This document shows positions 1 through 12,716 of a DNA stretch of 64,000 nucleotides, piece after piece. Each line of letters starts with the position of its first letter. Positions within the stretch are counted from its first letter, which is position 1. Location: contig OZ024742.1 in NCBI GenBank assembly GCA_964016885.1, positions 133,734,001-133,798,000 on the forward strand, in the 5' to 3' direction. The notes below the pieces were generated by a model. The model had not been told where the DNA came from and ran no database searches. It worked only from the letters and a program-made list of their open reading frames with translations. Source of the DNA: Eledone cirrhosa. Its lineage: Eukaryota. The position numbers and the translations under genes are program-made.

Positions 1-200
1 GTCTGAAATAACTTCACTGACAATACATTTGACAATAAGTTTAACGTTTGGTATAAAGACAGATATTTGCACAGGGTTGAGTAGGCTTGAAATATTATGC
101 ACCTACAAAATCAAACTTACAAAAAGTATTCAGAATTTAACTAAACCTGCAGTATATTTATTTACAAATATACAATATATCCATTCAAATATACATATAC

Positions 201-297
<97 letters not shown>

Positions 298-299
<2 letters not shown>

Positions 300-460
300 G
301 ATAACAAAATATCGGTATAGGTAATCCAGTTAGAAGTTGTGAATACTTCGTATTGTGGATAGTTTTAGCGTACGGCGTTGTTTGACTCAACAAGATGTTT
401 CGTAAGTGGCGAATTTATGAGTTCTGTTGCATTCCTATGTAACTTTATCTTGGAGTACTA
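298..460 (-). mobile_element. Short dispersed repeat abutting (TA)n; diverged relative at 13741-13907 in opposite orientation
   Basis: Shared GGGATAACA..TATAGGTA.TCCA and GTTTGACTCAACAAG..GTTTC, ending TTGGAGTA. Confidence 0.55.
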
Positions 461-692
461 ATATTGAAAGAGTGAAGAATAACGTGGTCAACAGTACAAA
501 AAAAAAAGGTTTTATTTACAGTCTAACAATTGTTTCACTGATTAAGTTGTCTAAAGATTGCTGAACACTTGAAGCTGTGCCACTCAATGTTACATACGTT
601 GTTAGATTAACCAGATCATCAGAGACATTGTTAGACTGTAAATAGAATCCTATTTTTACTGTTGGCCATGTTATTCTTCGCTCTTTCAATAT
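461..692. repeat. Inverted repeat (arms ~461-530 and ~627-692) enclosing the HHR
   Basis: ATATTGAAAGAGTGAAGAATAACGTGGTCAACAGTA...TTTACAGTCTAACAAT is reverse-complementary to ATTGTTAGACTGTAAATA...TACTGTTGGCCATGTTATTCTTCGCTCTTTCAATAT. Confidence 0.85.
521..626 (-). ncRNA. Type I hammerhead ribozyme motif inside a fold-back element (461-692)
   Basis: Minus strand reads GTCT-CTGATGA-T-CTGGTTAA...TTAATCAG-T-GAAA-CAATTG-TT-AGAC: stem I GTCT/AGAC, intact core, long stem II, palindromic stem III, GUU cleavage triplet. Confidence 0.85.
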
Positions 693-1219
693 ATATATGC
701 TATTTCAGAACACTAATACACATTTCTAATTAATGCACAGCCCACAATTGCTCTATAGGAAAATGAGTTGAAAAGCTCATAAACATAATTGGAATTCTGC
801 TTCGATAGCTTTCAGCAAAGGCGGAGGTAAATTTATTCTTGATAACCATTTATAAGTGAGAAACGGTGGCCGTCGATTACTTCCCTTTATTTTTGCTGAA
901 ACTAGATATGTGACGTTAGTTCCTACCTTTCAAGCCATAGCGAATGGCCTTCAAAATATTTTAAAATAAACATACAGTATATTGTTGAATATACAATATG
1001 TACATATCCAGAAATATTTCAAACATATTAATGACTCCAAATGTCAGTGTATTACATACGTGGTCATCATTCGAATAATTATTGAGGAAATCAAACATTT
1101 GATTCAATCGTGTGTAAAATATTATAGCGTATATAAAACTGACGCAAGGCAAACGTGTTTTAGGAAGAATCTGCAGAGTCAATGATATCAACGTCAGTAA
1201 TTCATGTAGTGGAGGCGTA

Positions 1220-1462
1220 TGTGCTAGTGGTATGGTTATTGGATTTGTGACCACAATGTCATGGATTCTATAATTTGACTGGGTTGTAAGTGGCGGCTTT
1301 GAGTAAAACACATCATTTCACATTCCTAAAATAAAATGTGTACCAACTATAGTCGGAGGCTTAACGGTGTGATGGTCTGGTGTCCTCTCCCGGGGGTAAT
1401 CTCGGACTCGCAGTCGCATTGCGCCAACATAACCGGGATAAGCACCGGCCTGATGAACCTCC
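1220..1462 (+). mobile_element. Old SINE remnant with conserved central domain (Meta/Nin-type); relatives near 37798-38020, 42678-42895 and 44900-45160
   Basis: GTGATGG.CTGGTGTCC...CAGTCGC...AACCGGGATAAGCACCGGCCTGATG tail motif recurs at ~37990 and ~45130; tRNA-like head GGCGCGTGGCTGAGTGGTTAG...TTCGATTCCCGG at 42678. Family assignment is from memory of SINE domains. Confidence 0.5.
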
Positions 1463-2348
1463 CATTTCGAGACTGTAATTTAGACTGTAATTAATGTGAA
1501 CACCGGCGATATTGAGCGAAGAACATAAGAAATACGACACGGTATAGTAGAAGGATTTTAAAACCATACTTTCTGTATTGATAATAATTCATCTAATGAC
1601 GCTTATACTGACACAGTACAACGATTTCTCATGTAAACGAGCCAACTGATGAAATGTTATTTAATATTTCAGTACCCTAGTTATTGCATGAAACGTGTGT
1701 CCAATGCATTCAAAATCAAATGGACGAACATGAACAAAAGTTGTTGGCGTTGGTAATATTCTCGTAGAGACAAACAATTAATCTTCACAATGAACATCTT
1801 AATGATACTTACTATATACAGCGAAACATACGTCTATTTCTGAAGTATATATCTGAATAGCAAATTACAATGAATCATTGTCAGAATTGATTGCTATAAG
1901 AACCTAAAGCAATGTGAGTAAAAGGATAACTACCCAAGAGTTTTTTTCTAGTATTAATACAATAACGTATATTTATAATATGGAATACGTGGCTATTTCA
2001 AGTATTAAACGGGTGAAAGGGACCGATCAGTATTTAAAATCAGAGGGGAAAGGCATGTAACTAAATCTAAGGAAATATTCAAAATGCAAACTCAAAAGTA
2101 AGAAGAAGGCGAAATACATTATTCTCAAAGATTTCGCTAAAAATGTAAGACATCCAAATGTTATTGCATACATCAATATATCGAATATTTTGTTTTATAT
2201 TTCATATTATTTTCAGTGTGTGTGAATGTAATTTGCAATAATTGCATTAACACCAGATGACATTCTGTGATATAGTGCTATCAAAATATATGTTAATATA
2301 GGTAAAATTAGAATAAATAGTACGTACACATGCATACACAAACACACA

Positions 2349-2736
2349 TGGGAAAGGGCGGAGGAACTCGGCTGAGTCAATGGCCATCCAAATAGTACTT
2401 TTCTTCTAATTTTTCTTTTCACCTAGACGTGAAAGCCCCCCAGATGTTGTCACAAGACCTTTCTAAGAGAGGGAAACTCTGAAATAAAACGTGTGGCTTC
2501 AGAAGCATCCGATGATGTTGACCAGTTCTGCTTTTCGGGTAGTGTTTTCGATGCTCTGAGAGTAGGATTGGTCAAGTGCAAGGCCTTTCCCCACTTAAAA
2601 TAAACAGTCAAAGCACAGGCATTGCTTGTGCAGGATATGTTACAGGTTTGTGTGGCTGGCCGTCGCCTAAAATTTCACCATTTTCTGTAATCTGACAAGC
2701 GATTGCAATATTCTTAGCAGAGTTTGCAGCCATCAT
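2349..2736 (+). mobile_element. Non-autonomous bipartite RTE derivative (5' UTR fused to 3' tail)
   Basis: 2541-2672 matches the 5' UTR of the RTE at 52778-52906 (revcomp); 2689-2735 (AATCTGACAAGCGATTGCAATA...TTTGCAGCCATCA) matches its 3' end at 50448-50495. Confidence 0.75.
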
Positions 2737-2769
2737 GTATGTATATATACATGAATACGTCTCTCTAGG

Positions 2770-2940
2770 AAAAGGCCACTCTAACATAAAACCTGTGACT
2801 TCGTTTGCAATGATGTACACCACTTTTTGTTATTGTTGGCCATAAGCACATCCCTAGCGGGATTAAAAAGCCACGTCGTGATTCTCATGCTTAAGTATAA
2901 AGCGATTGCCTTACTCGAAATCGAATTGCAACCATCGTCA
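2770..2940 (+). mobile_element. 3' end of a second RTE-type family; relative at ~37050-37277
   Basis: Shared ATGCTTAA.TAT.AAGCGAT.GC.TTACTCGAAATCGA.TTGCA.CCATC terminus followed by microsatellite. Confidence 0.6.
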
Positions 2941-2989
2941 TGTATGTATGTATGTATGTATGTAGTGTATGTATGTATGTATGTTTGTA

Positions 2990-5602
2990 TCCCCACACGA
3001 GATACAGAAAATGCCAACAAAAACAGATATAACTCTTAACATAAATGAAGAGATTCTACAGGAACTCAGGAAAATTAACACCAAACTATCTGTGCTAGTC
3101 GACAAACTTGACTCCACAAATCAGAGATCCTCCTTGAAATCAACAATAAGGCTGAAGGCCTCAACGTAGGGAATATCTCTAAATTATGGAAAGTGGACTG
3201 CAAACGAGAGGAGCTGAAATCCCTTCAACGGTGGGAAAAAAGTGGTGCTTGGTTTCTAAGCTATGAATAGATATTTCAAACGGATTACACCTCCATTAAC
3301 CCGTTCATAAAACTAGGAAAACCGATAACCCAACCGCACAACAATTTCGCCCCCCCCCCCCAGCTACTAAAAAAAGAAGAAGGAAGCACCACACCGAAGA
3401 TGAATTTCCCAAACACATCGCTTCCATAAGGAGGCACAAAAACCCTAGAGATCATCAACCCCAGAATGATATTTACAACTTTCCCCCTTCAAGTAGATAC
3501 CATACCAAATCATTCAACTACTACGCGGATGCCGCATCGTCAAACATAGCGAAAGTATAACACTACCATGCTAGTAACAACTTCCCCGCCATAAGGGTAC
3601 AGCAAGCTTCCACAATACACAACAAACCCACACCACACGATACAACCAACAACGTAGGCCACCTATAACACCACAATCCAGCATGGCACATAGAAACACA
3701 CATCCATAATCGCAATACAGGAACACCCCATTCAATCCACAACCACGAACCCGAACCACATTTTCCAACAACAAGGAATATAACAAACACAAGAGACCAC
3801 ATAATATCAGCAGACAACGACTCTACCCCAACAATTTTTTAGACACAGCACACATATAAAGGCAAACGAAATAACACAAGACAGGGAGGAGAAACCGAGA
3901 GTAATAAAATAATACAAATTATCAATTTAACTAGTGCAGAACCAACTCCCTAAAGTACATAAAATCGAATTAATAAGTAAGCCATGCAAGGAAGCCACAG
4001 ACTTAGTCATCAATGTCACCTCACCCAATGATCTCAAATTAAGACGTATAATAGCAGGCCCCACTTGCGAAACGCACCGCTTTAGCAACTTCAATGATAC
4101 CCTTCTCAAGGCTTTTCTCAAACACATTAAAAGCTACATAAGGGACGACCTAGATATGCTCAACCACCTCCCTAATATACCCATTACTGAACAAACCTTG
4201 CTAGTGACGTTCGATCAGTGAACCTATACTCCAACTCCCCCACAACCTAGGAATAGAAGCTATCCAATTCTGGCTGGATAATTACCCCAATAACCTCCTA
4301 CAACGCAGCAAAAAAGAATTCGTGATAGAAGGACTCAAATTTATCTTGGAGAATAATTACTTCGTTTTCAATAACAAATTCTACAGGCAGAAATCTGGGA
4401 CCGCTATGGGAACGAAAACGGCCCCCACTTATGCCAACCTAGTCATGGGATACCTGGAAATCACCATCTACACTAAAGTACTAAATACATTTGGAAACAC
4501 TCTCCACTTACAAATAGAAAAAACTGGAAGAGAAATCTAGATGACTGCTTCTTCCTTTGGCACGAAAGAATCGAGAAACTTAAAGAATCCCACACCCTTA
4601 TAAATGGGCTCAACACGAATATTAATTTTACAATGGAATACAGCCATCAACAACTCCCCTTCCTCGACACCCTCATTAAGATTCATAACAAAAAAATAGA
4701 AACAGACATATACAACAAGCCCACAGACACTAAGCAATATCTTCCTTTCAATTCATGCCACCCTAGACACGTTAAAATTAATATCCCCTACAACTTAGCC
4801 AAGAGAATCTGTACTATAGTTTCCATATAAAAACGCCGGTTACGTACATCTACAAGAACTAAAGGACACACTCATAAGCATGGACTACCCTGCATCACTA
4901 ATTAACAATGGAATCCAACCTGCCCCAAAACTCAGTACCCAGGATCTTAGACACCCTAAAGTTAATCATCCGAAACTAAAAGCTCTTTCATACATCTCCA
5001 CACATAACCCCCTCAACAATGAGGCCTTTGACACCATCCTCCAGGACATCCCTGTATTATAAAATGACCATAGAATGAACCAAATCACTCGAATACACGA
5101 TATCATACAGAGCTAAATACAATCTAAGTCAATGAAAAACATCCTAACACATGCCAAAGTACTGTCAACCACAACAAGGAAACCCACAGTAAAAAGAAAA
5201 CGATAGACCCAACTGTGGTATATGAATCAACCTAATAGAGGGTTCGGAATTCTATTTCAAACAAGGACAACGTTTTATAGTAAAACACAATTTCACATGC
5301 GCATCAGAAATGCTAATATATGTATTAACTTGCTCAGGTTGTCGAGAACAAAACAGGCCAGACTAAATACAGCCTCCACCAACGCATGACTGTCCATAGT
5401 TCCCAAATCAAAATTCAAAATACGGGAATACAGAAACATAGCATTGAGTGAACACATTGATACCTGTGCCGCCCAAAATCATCCCAACTTTAGAATCTTT
5501 CCCCTATACACATTTAAAGATAATGCCACCAACACCCAGCGCGTCAGCAAGGAATCTCACTTTATTAATAAATACGGACCCCGTCTAAACAATTCGTCCT
5601 AA
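2990..5602 (+). mobile_element. Decayed Penelope-like element (RT + Cys-linker + GIY-YIG endonuclease)
   Basis: Frameshifted ORFs 3934-4221 (RRIIAGPTCETH, LLVTFD), 4322-4540 (FILENNYFVFN..YRQKSGTAMGTKTAPTYANLVMG), YLDD at ~4534, 4633-4830 (LPFLD..TDIYNKPTDTKQYLPFNSCHP); HNFTCAS..IYVLTCSGC at ~5285-5345. Confidence 0.92.
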
Positions 5603-6181
5603 GACGAACCCACAACAAACACACGTTGACATACATACCTACATCAGCATACATCCTACATACATCTATCCACATATAAACACAATGACATAAGTAAACA
5701 CACATGTTCTATGGTGCAACACAAATATACACAAATTCGCATATCTTTTGATGTTTATAGATATACACGTGCCGACACGCACATATACACATACGCACAC
5801 ATGTATTGCTCATTGATGGGTGCATACATATTTGTACACAAGTATCCCATACGGGAGGGCCTAATGCATTCCCCTTGCAGTACGTACAATCTGGACTCAC
5901 ACATGCCTTGTTGTTATGACAATACTATAGATCATTTCACCTCTTTTATTATTGATGGTCTTGATGTTCTTTTGAGAGAATCGTTTTTTGCAAAAAATTA
6001 GAATTAGAGCTCTGAATACATTATATATACATCCATATATATATTGCTATTTCAGAGCTCCAATTCTAATTTTTAATTTCTGCCTGACCAACAACCGCTC
6101 TGTATAATCAGCTCCTGATTATTTACTAGAATTCTTATAGAATATAACATCAGTAATCTCGGTAGACAGGTGGGAGTAGTT

Positions 6182-6226
6182 AGCCTTGATAAGCTTCAAC
6201 AAAAGCGAAACAAGGCCTTGTCGGCT
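6182..6226 (+). ncRNA. Type I hammerhead, U3:A8 core variant
   Basis: AGCC-TTGATAA-GCTT caaca a AAGC-GAAA-CAAGGCCTTG-TC-GGCT. Confidence 0.85.
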
Positions 6227-6498
6227 TATCTCCCTGTTTGCTGAGATTAAAGTAAGTGAATTTGTCACTACTCTAAAACAATAGCATACTGTCTTCAAAA
6301 TGCTTTTATTTAAGCATAAAGTGTATTGCAAAATACATTATATATACATCCATATATATATTACTATTACAGAGCTCCAATTCTAATTTTTAATTTCTGC
6401 CTGACCAACAACCGCTCTGTATAATCAACTCCTGATTATTTACTAGAATTCTATAATAATATAACATCAGTAATCTCGGTAGACAGGTGGGAGTAGTT

Positions 6499-6543
6499 AG
6501 CCTTGATAAGCTTCAACAAAAGCGAAACAAGGCCTTGTCGGCT
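6499..6543 (+). ncRNA. Type I hammerhead, U3:A8 core variant (second tandem copy)
   Basis: Identical to 6182-6226, 317 bp downstream. Confidence 0.85.
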
Positions 6544-6698
6544 TATCTCCCCTGTTTGCTGAGATTAAAGTAAGTGCATTTGTCACTACTCTAAAACAAT
6601 AGCATACGGTCTTCAACATGCTTTTAATTAAGCATAAAGTGTATTGCAAAATACATTATATATACATCCATATATATATTGCTATTTCAGAACTCCAA

Positions 6699-6735
<37 letters not shown>

Positions 6736-6747
6736 AAACATATATAT

Positions 6748-6779
<32 letters not shown>

Positions 6780-6780
6780 A

Positions 6781-7380
6781 ATGGAGTAGAATGAAACGAA
6801 ATTTCATTTCCCACTCTTAGTACGGCACTTACTTAAATGTAAGTATGTATGTATGTATATGTACATACATATATGTATACAGACGTACAGTAGTATGTAT
6901 ATATATACATACATGCACACACATATATATGCACATATCGGTTTACCGAACATTTATTATAATGCTCGGTTTGTTTGTAAACAAACAGACAGCCCAAATT
7001 AGGCCGTTCAGTGTTTAGGCAACCACGTCACTTTTTGTTCAACACTGACACAGGAACTATGTACTAGTTTCAAGCTTATTAGCTATCGTCAGCATCGTAT
7101 ACCTTCCTGCCAGATGGTTGAACGTCTGAGAGTATATACTTTCCTTATGCATATTAACGGCTGAGCAGCCTAATTTGCATATCGAGTGAGTTCAGTCGGC
7201 TGGGCGCACCGAAAACGATAAATGGAATAGAATGAAACGAAATTTCATTTATCACTCTTATACGGCACTTACTTAAATGTAAGTATGTATGTATGTATGT
7301 ATACGTACATACATATATGTATACACACGTACAGTAGTATGTATATATATATACATACATGCACACATATATATAACCAT
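6781..7380 (-). mobile_element. ~440-bp partial tandem non-coding unit carrying an HHR; rearranged relatives at 57150-57895 and 9362-9429
   Basis: ATGGA.TAGAATGAAACGAAATTTCATTT..CACTCTTA(G)TACGGCACTTACTTAAATG occurs at 6781 and again at 7222; (TA)n on both sides. Confidence 0.75.
7059..7095 (-). ncRNA. Minimal type I hammerhead
   Basis: Minus strand ATG-CTGACGA-T-AGCT aata AGCT-T-GAAA-CTAG-TA-CAT. Confidence 0.85.
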
Positions 7381-7524
7381 ATATATATATATATATATAT
7401 ATGGATAGTACTATCCAGCGAACCTTCAACCGTCAAGGTTGTTTTTCTACGGGTGTATCAACATTTATAAAACATATTTTGTATTTTATCTGATTTGATA
7501 AAATTGCCTTGGATGCTAATTTCT

Positions 7525-7607
7525 TCACCCACTGATGAGCCTGTAATTTTGTATACCTCTTCACGAATAATATTGCGAAACGGTTCTATCACAGACCGTC
7601 TGGGTGA
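7525..7607 (+). ncRNA. Type I hammerhead in a short TA-flanked element (~7402-7740)
   Basis: TCACCCA-CTGATGA-GC...GC-GAAA-CGGT tctatcacag ACCG-TC-TGGGTGA: 7-bp stem I, GUC site. Confidence 0.88.
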
Positions 7608-7792
7608 TGGTAGTTACCAGAATATTGGTTTGTATTTATTTTTCTTAATTTATTCTTAAATTGAGTCCAGCAAAGCCTTTTGTCTGTAATTAGCATTTTT
7701 TATCACCTTAGCGATTTTGCTCCATTACGATTTTAATACATATAGATATATGTGTGTGTTCATTTATCCTTTTTTTTTCAGTTATATATATA

Positions 7793-7853
7793 AGATCCCG
7801 TTAAGGGTGAAAGCAGCGATTCTTTGCTTAAACTTTAATCTGTTATTTTAATT
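7793..7853 (+). mobile_element. 5'-truncated HHR-bearing tail (3' half of a hammerhead); relatives at 34752-34811 and 52972-53032
   Basis: AAGA-T-CCC gttaa GGG-T-GAAA-GCA gcgattctt TGC-TT-AAACTTTAATCTGTTATTTTA. Confidence 0.6.
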
Positions 7854-8457
7854 AAAAAAAAAAAAAATATATATATATATTTATATATGGGGCGAAGGGT
7901 GTGTGTGTGTGTGTGTGTGTGTGCGTATGAATGTATGCATGTATGTGGTTACGTTACACATAGAAATGTACACATGTGTATGAATGACTTGCGTGTCTGA
8001 GTGCACGTATAACACGGGAGGTTTTCATTACTTACCAAATTCTGTACTGCATAAGATAAGCGATTCATCCCCAAATACCTCGCCCATAATATTTTGTTAG
8101 ATTTCCACAATAGATAGCCTCGTTGGTGTCAGAAAGCTTTTATTGATTATGACTTACTAATTCATATGTCTAGGTTGCATTAAACAGAGGATATAGCGTT
8201 TTGCAATTTTGGATTCTTATAAATATATTTATCAATGTATTTGTTTGTTGTTGTTTTTTGTTACTCGTTTTAATCACTCAGTTTTATTGGTCTGTATATA
8301 ATATCCTTTTAAGAAAATTATTGCAATGTAGATTAATATATTCCACAGTCAGACCATGCATAAATGTTGCAGTAACTGCCGTTCTACTTGTATATACGTG
8401 TCTGTTTACATATGCTATATAAAATTCTCTCTCGCTTTCTCTACTTCTTTCTCTCGG

Positions 8458-8623
<166 letters not shown>

Positions 8624-8773
8624 GGGGGGGGGAGAGTGAGAGAATGAGAATTAAGATAGATTGGAAAATGTCGTTAGATCAAAATAACAGGTCCATTCAT
8701 GTTGTCATCTCTTGCAAAACTGTTGGTGCTGGCGTTTTGTGTATGATTCATTTTATATATCTGTATATCTTTC

Positions 8774-8834
8774 TTCTGATGAAGGACTAGCGTCCGAAAC
8801 CTTAAGACCCTCTTCCTGCTATATGAAGCGTTAA
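8774..8834 (+). ncRNA. Probable type I hammerhead (weak stems I and III)
   Basis: TT-CTGATGA-A-GGAC tagc GTCC-GAAA-C...GCG-TT-AA: core and stem II are clear, the cleavage-site pairing is uncertain. Confidence 0.6.
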
Positions 8835-8892
8835 CCAAATATATCCCTTCCATATACTCTACCGATTGTGTTGTTATTTCTGTTAACGTTCG

Positions 8893-8950
<58 letters not shown>

Positions 8951-9167
8951 CCTAAAATCAGTGCGAGCGATAACTAAATTAAGTTATCGGGACAGAGGAA
9001 AGTGAAAAACAACATGGTAATAACGCAACGTAAAGAGAGGAAAATATATGTGAATGAAAAATGGCGTGATGCGTTGTTGCAAAAATGAACATATAAATAA
9101 AAATAGACCGAGAAAAGTCGGTCATCATGAGAATCAGCAGAATACTGATGACGGACTTTATTTATTA

Positions 9168-9356
9168 TAATTGTTTCTACTTTTGGCAACAGGCCAACAA
9201 TTATCCCAGTGCATTACTGGTACTTTATTTTATCGACCCTGTAAGGATGAAAGAAAAGATAACCTCGGCGGGATTTGAACTCAGATCATAAATGGAGGTA
9301 ACTCTATGCTTCAAAGCATGGCGCCCGACCCTCTACCGATACTGCCAATCCACTGC
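9168..9356 (-). mobile_element. ~190-bp SINE (octopod-type)
   Basis: Revcomp of GGCAGTATCGGTAGAGGGTC...GAGTTCAAATCCCGCCGAGGTTA...GGGTCGATAAAATAAAGTACCAGT...GTAGAAACAATTA. Confidence 0.85.
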
Positions 9357-9429
9357 CCTTTATTTATTATAATGTTCGGTTTGTTTGTAAACAAACAGCC
9401 CGAATACGCCGAACAGTGCTCGGCAACCA

Positions 9430-11011
9430 TCGGAGACCCAGAGACCCTGTTAAACAAAGCGTTGGACTTCACTACCACTTACATTACTGTCGATTGTTTA
9501 CACAGGGAAATCATCGCTCACTGCCGGAAAAACCTCCTCTTCAACGACGGAGTAGCCTGGGGAAAGAAGTCTACAGCTTCAGACCTATTCGACGTCTCCA
9601 TAGTATCGTTTGACAGTGCTGACGTATGCCACTTGGCTGGCCTATTTATTTTAGACATATTACGTGTTAGATTCTCGGACTTCCACACGGGAATATACCG
9701 CGACGATGGACTGACCTTATCGAGCCATAAAAGTGAACACGACTTCGACCGGTTTAAAACAGACTTAGCTTCTACCTTCAATGAGTTAGGACTTAGGATA
9801 ACACTAGCTACCAACCTCTCTAGCGTAGATTTCCTAGACATTAATTTAGATCTTCGCACACACACCCACATACCCTTCCATAAGCTAAACGAAAAACAAT
9901 TAAATTCACAAGGACTCATGCCACCCTCCCACTGTTTTTAGAAACTTCGTAAATAATATCAGTACTAGAATCTCAAAACTATCCTCTAATAAGGCTATCT
10001 TTGATAGGGCGGCACCCTACTATAACACGGCGATAGCTAACAGCGGCTTCTCGCAACCTATCACTTACTCTCCTACTATCACCAACAGCAATAAGAAAAT
10101 AAAAGAAAGCGTAATAATAGACAAACTATCTGGTTCTCTCCTCCCTTCTCATTCAACATTAAAACCAATGTAGGCAAACATTTCTAGCCCTTGTAGATAG
10201 ACACTTTCCCATAGGTCATAAATACCACTCCCTCTTTAACAGACACAAAGTAAAACTAGAATACTCCTGCGCTAAGAACATGAAGGCCCAAATCACCAGC
10301 AGTCCTAGGGCCAACACCCCACCAGGGTGCTCTTTCCGTAAGCTTGTCCGTTTCAACAGCAATGCAACACACCCGCTGTAATTTATGAAGCCATGGTTAC
10401 TTCCAACCGACCAAAGCAACCACAGGAGGTCAAATCCTATGTGGGCATGGCGGAGGGCCGATTTAAGGAACGTTTCCTGAACCAACAGTCAACCTTTAGG
10501 TACCCGGACAGAAGTTCATCCACGAAACTCGCGAGCCACGTATGGTCCCTCAAGGACTCATGTATAGACTACTCCATTCAATGGAAAGCCATCACTAAAT
10601 CTAAGCCATACGCAAGGGGAAATCCGTCGTGTGGACTACGTATTGACGAAAGAATAAATATTCTAAAGAGATTATGCAATAGTGATTGCCTAAACACGAG
10701 AAATTAATTCTTCACACGTTGTCCACATGTCTAGGAACCACCTCTTGAATAACTACAAAGCTCCGGATTGAATTATTACACCAACATCATAATTTTCTTA
10801 TCAACTAAAAACTTTTCCGACTTTCTCAGTTATCTCCCTTACACATCTCGCACGCATTTTAGTATTGTCTGTTTGAAGTAACCGGTTTTTGCGCATGCGC
10901 GTTCGTACAATTGTGCTTCCTGTTCCGTATAACCATGTCCATTACGAGCTGAAGATCCGCTAAGGTAAAACAATTATTCTCGTAATGGTGAACTAACTGT
11001 TATGAAACCAC

Positions 11012-11013
<2 letters not shown>
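9430..11013 (+). mobile_element. 5'-truncated decayed Penelope-like element, Naiad-like
   Basis: ORF 9306-9941 LFDVSIVSFDSADVCHLAGLFIL, GIYRDDGL, VDFLDINLDL; ORF 10393-10707 SYVGMAEGRFKERFLNQ..TKLASHVW..CGL (GIY-YIG); 3' HHR then (TA)n. Confidence 0.92.
10939..10988 (+). ncRNA. Degenerate type I hammerhead in PLE 3' end
   Basis: CCATTACGAG-CTGAAGA-T-CC gctaa GG-T-AAAA-CAATTA-TT-CTCGTAATGG: 10-bp stem I, G12 mutated; intact relative at 36241-36290. Confidence 0.7.
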
Positions 11014-11067
<54 letters not shown>

Positions 11068-11650
11068 ATGTAAATATGTATGTACACATATATATGTATA
11101 TGTGTATGTATGTATGTATTTGTATGTATGTATGTGTGTATGTACCATTATGGATGTTTGGTGTGTGTGTGCCTGCCCGTGTGTGCGTGCGTGTAAGTGT
11201 GTGTACGTGTGTAAGTGGGCGCGTGTGTGAATCAGTTTGTCGACACCTGGAATATATATTAAGAGAAACTTCACTATAGGGGGTTCACCCCAGCCCTTGA
11301 ATCTGTTATGGAACCTTTTCTGCCTTTGTCACCCTTATTTTAGCCTTAAAGGATTAGCTTCTAAAGAATTTCCATTTTGCTTTAAACCATTGAAACCCAC
11401 CCATTCTGTCGACACCTGTCTTACAGACATTGTTACTTTAAGTGATAGACAAGGATTGATATTCCAACTTTGAACTTGTTTACATTATTCTTTCTGCCTT
11501 TGTTAATATTATAGGTTTAAAATTTATCTTTTAATGAACTCCCTTTTCTTTAATTCCTTCAACCAATGACCTACACCCATCCCAATCGCCACCCTCTCCT
11601 ACCACCAGATAAGCAAAGACATAAATACTACCATTTACTTGGATAGCCAG

Positions 11651-11697
11651 CTTCCTGATGATTTCTCACGAATGAAACAGTTCTAGTCCTGTAGAAG
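11651..11697 (+). ncRNA. Type I hammerhead at the 3' end of a short element (~11270-11715)
   Basis: CTTC-CTGATGA-T-TT ctcacg AA-T-GAAA-CAG ttctagtc CTG-TA-GAAG. Confidence 0.8.
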
Positions 11698-11908
11698 TTC
11701 TTCTATATTAAAACTATATATATATATATTAAAACTATATAATCTCAAAATTATTTTTGAAAAGCATTTAGAAATGCGCAACCGGTAAAAACTTAAAAAT
11801 TTAAAACCACAACTGAATACTAACCCATACAATCACTAATACTCTTTTATTCCTAATTAAACCATTTTTCAACTGTGAACAATTTGTCAGCATTTTCTAT
11901 TCCGTTTA

Positions 11909-11939
<31 letters not shown>

Positions 11940-11942
<3 letters not shown>

Positions 11943-12130
11943 CCAGTAAGACCCCGGCGGCTGAGCTCAAGCCGTTTCGACGGCTAATTCAGTCCAGAAT
12001 TAGCCGTCGAAACGGCTTGAGCTCCTCAGCCGTCGGGGTCTTACTGGTTCCTATTACCCACTCTACTACCCTAAGTATTGAGTACTTTGGTGCGTTATGC
12101 TCCACCTGGTTCCCTACTACATTTCCTTCG

Positions 12131-12132
<2 letters not shown>
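11940..12132. repeat. Fold-back of the extreme 3' end of the PLE family at 58468-61255 (3' half of its HHR)
   Basis: GAACCAGTAAGACCCCG..GGCTGAGCTCAAGCCGTTTCGACGGCTAATTC immediately followed by its reverse complement; (TA)n on both sides. Confidence 0.9.
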
Positions 12133-12177
<45 letters not shown>

Positions 12178-12234
12178 TATATTAAGAAAGAAGAGTGACA
12201 CGGTTTGCTATATAATAAGAGCTTTAATCACATT

Positions 12235-12340
12235 GCTGACAATTGTTTCTCTGAAATGGTAGGTCTAGAGATCTCTGCCCGCCTGTTTCTGCGTCAATCG
12301 ATCACCAATACATAGTTATAACCAGTCAATTCATCAGAGC
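12235..12340 (-). ncRNA. Type I hammerhead (left arm copy)
   Basis: Minus strand GCT-CTGATGA-A-TTGACTGGT...ACCATTTCAG-A-GAAA-CAATTG-TC-AGC. Confidence 0.78.
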
Positions 12341-12648
12341 TAGCGATAATGAAGGGAATACACAGGCATGGCTTCTATATATAGTAGTGGCATTCAATCA
12401 GAACAATAACAACAATACTAACAATGCTAGCAATACATTAGTTGAAATAATCACAACATCAATCTAAGTAAGACATAGAGTATACTTATGACTTTAGCAT
12501 GTAAAACTAGATGATATGAGGCAGATATATGAAATTGACATGTAAAAGCTGTCATGAGGTGTATATATATAGTGTAGAGATAAGCCGGGGCTTTAAACAA
12601 TGTACCATTTCATTACTGTAGGTTTGGTGACCGTAAGAATTATTTATT

Positions 12649-12716
12649 ATTTAGTGGCGATCCTGTGTCTGCAGAAAATTGATCAATTTTCTGCAGACAC
12701 AGGATCACCACTAAAT
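12649..12716. repeat. Near-perfect 68-bp palindrome
   Basis: ATTTAGTGGCGATCCTGTGTCTGCAGAAAATTGA|TCAATTTTCTGCAGACACAGGATCACCACTAAAT with one mismatch. Confidence 0.95.

Larger units (their letters stand above)
5995..6703 (+). mobile_element. Retrozyme-like tandem array: ~2.2 units of 317 bp, each with one HHR, with a short inverted segment at the 5' end
   Basis: 6015-6331 is repeated at 6332-6649; 5995-6015 is the revcomp of TTCAGAGCTCCAATTCTAATTTTT; the array ends in (TA)n. Confidence 0.85.

Noticed and set aside
1449-1470. CTGATGA in the SINE tail (also isolated CTGATGA at 1647, 9145, 26811 and TCATCAG at 44481)
   Set aside because: No properly spaced GAAA with pairable stems I-III
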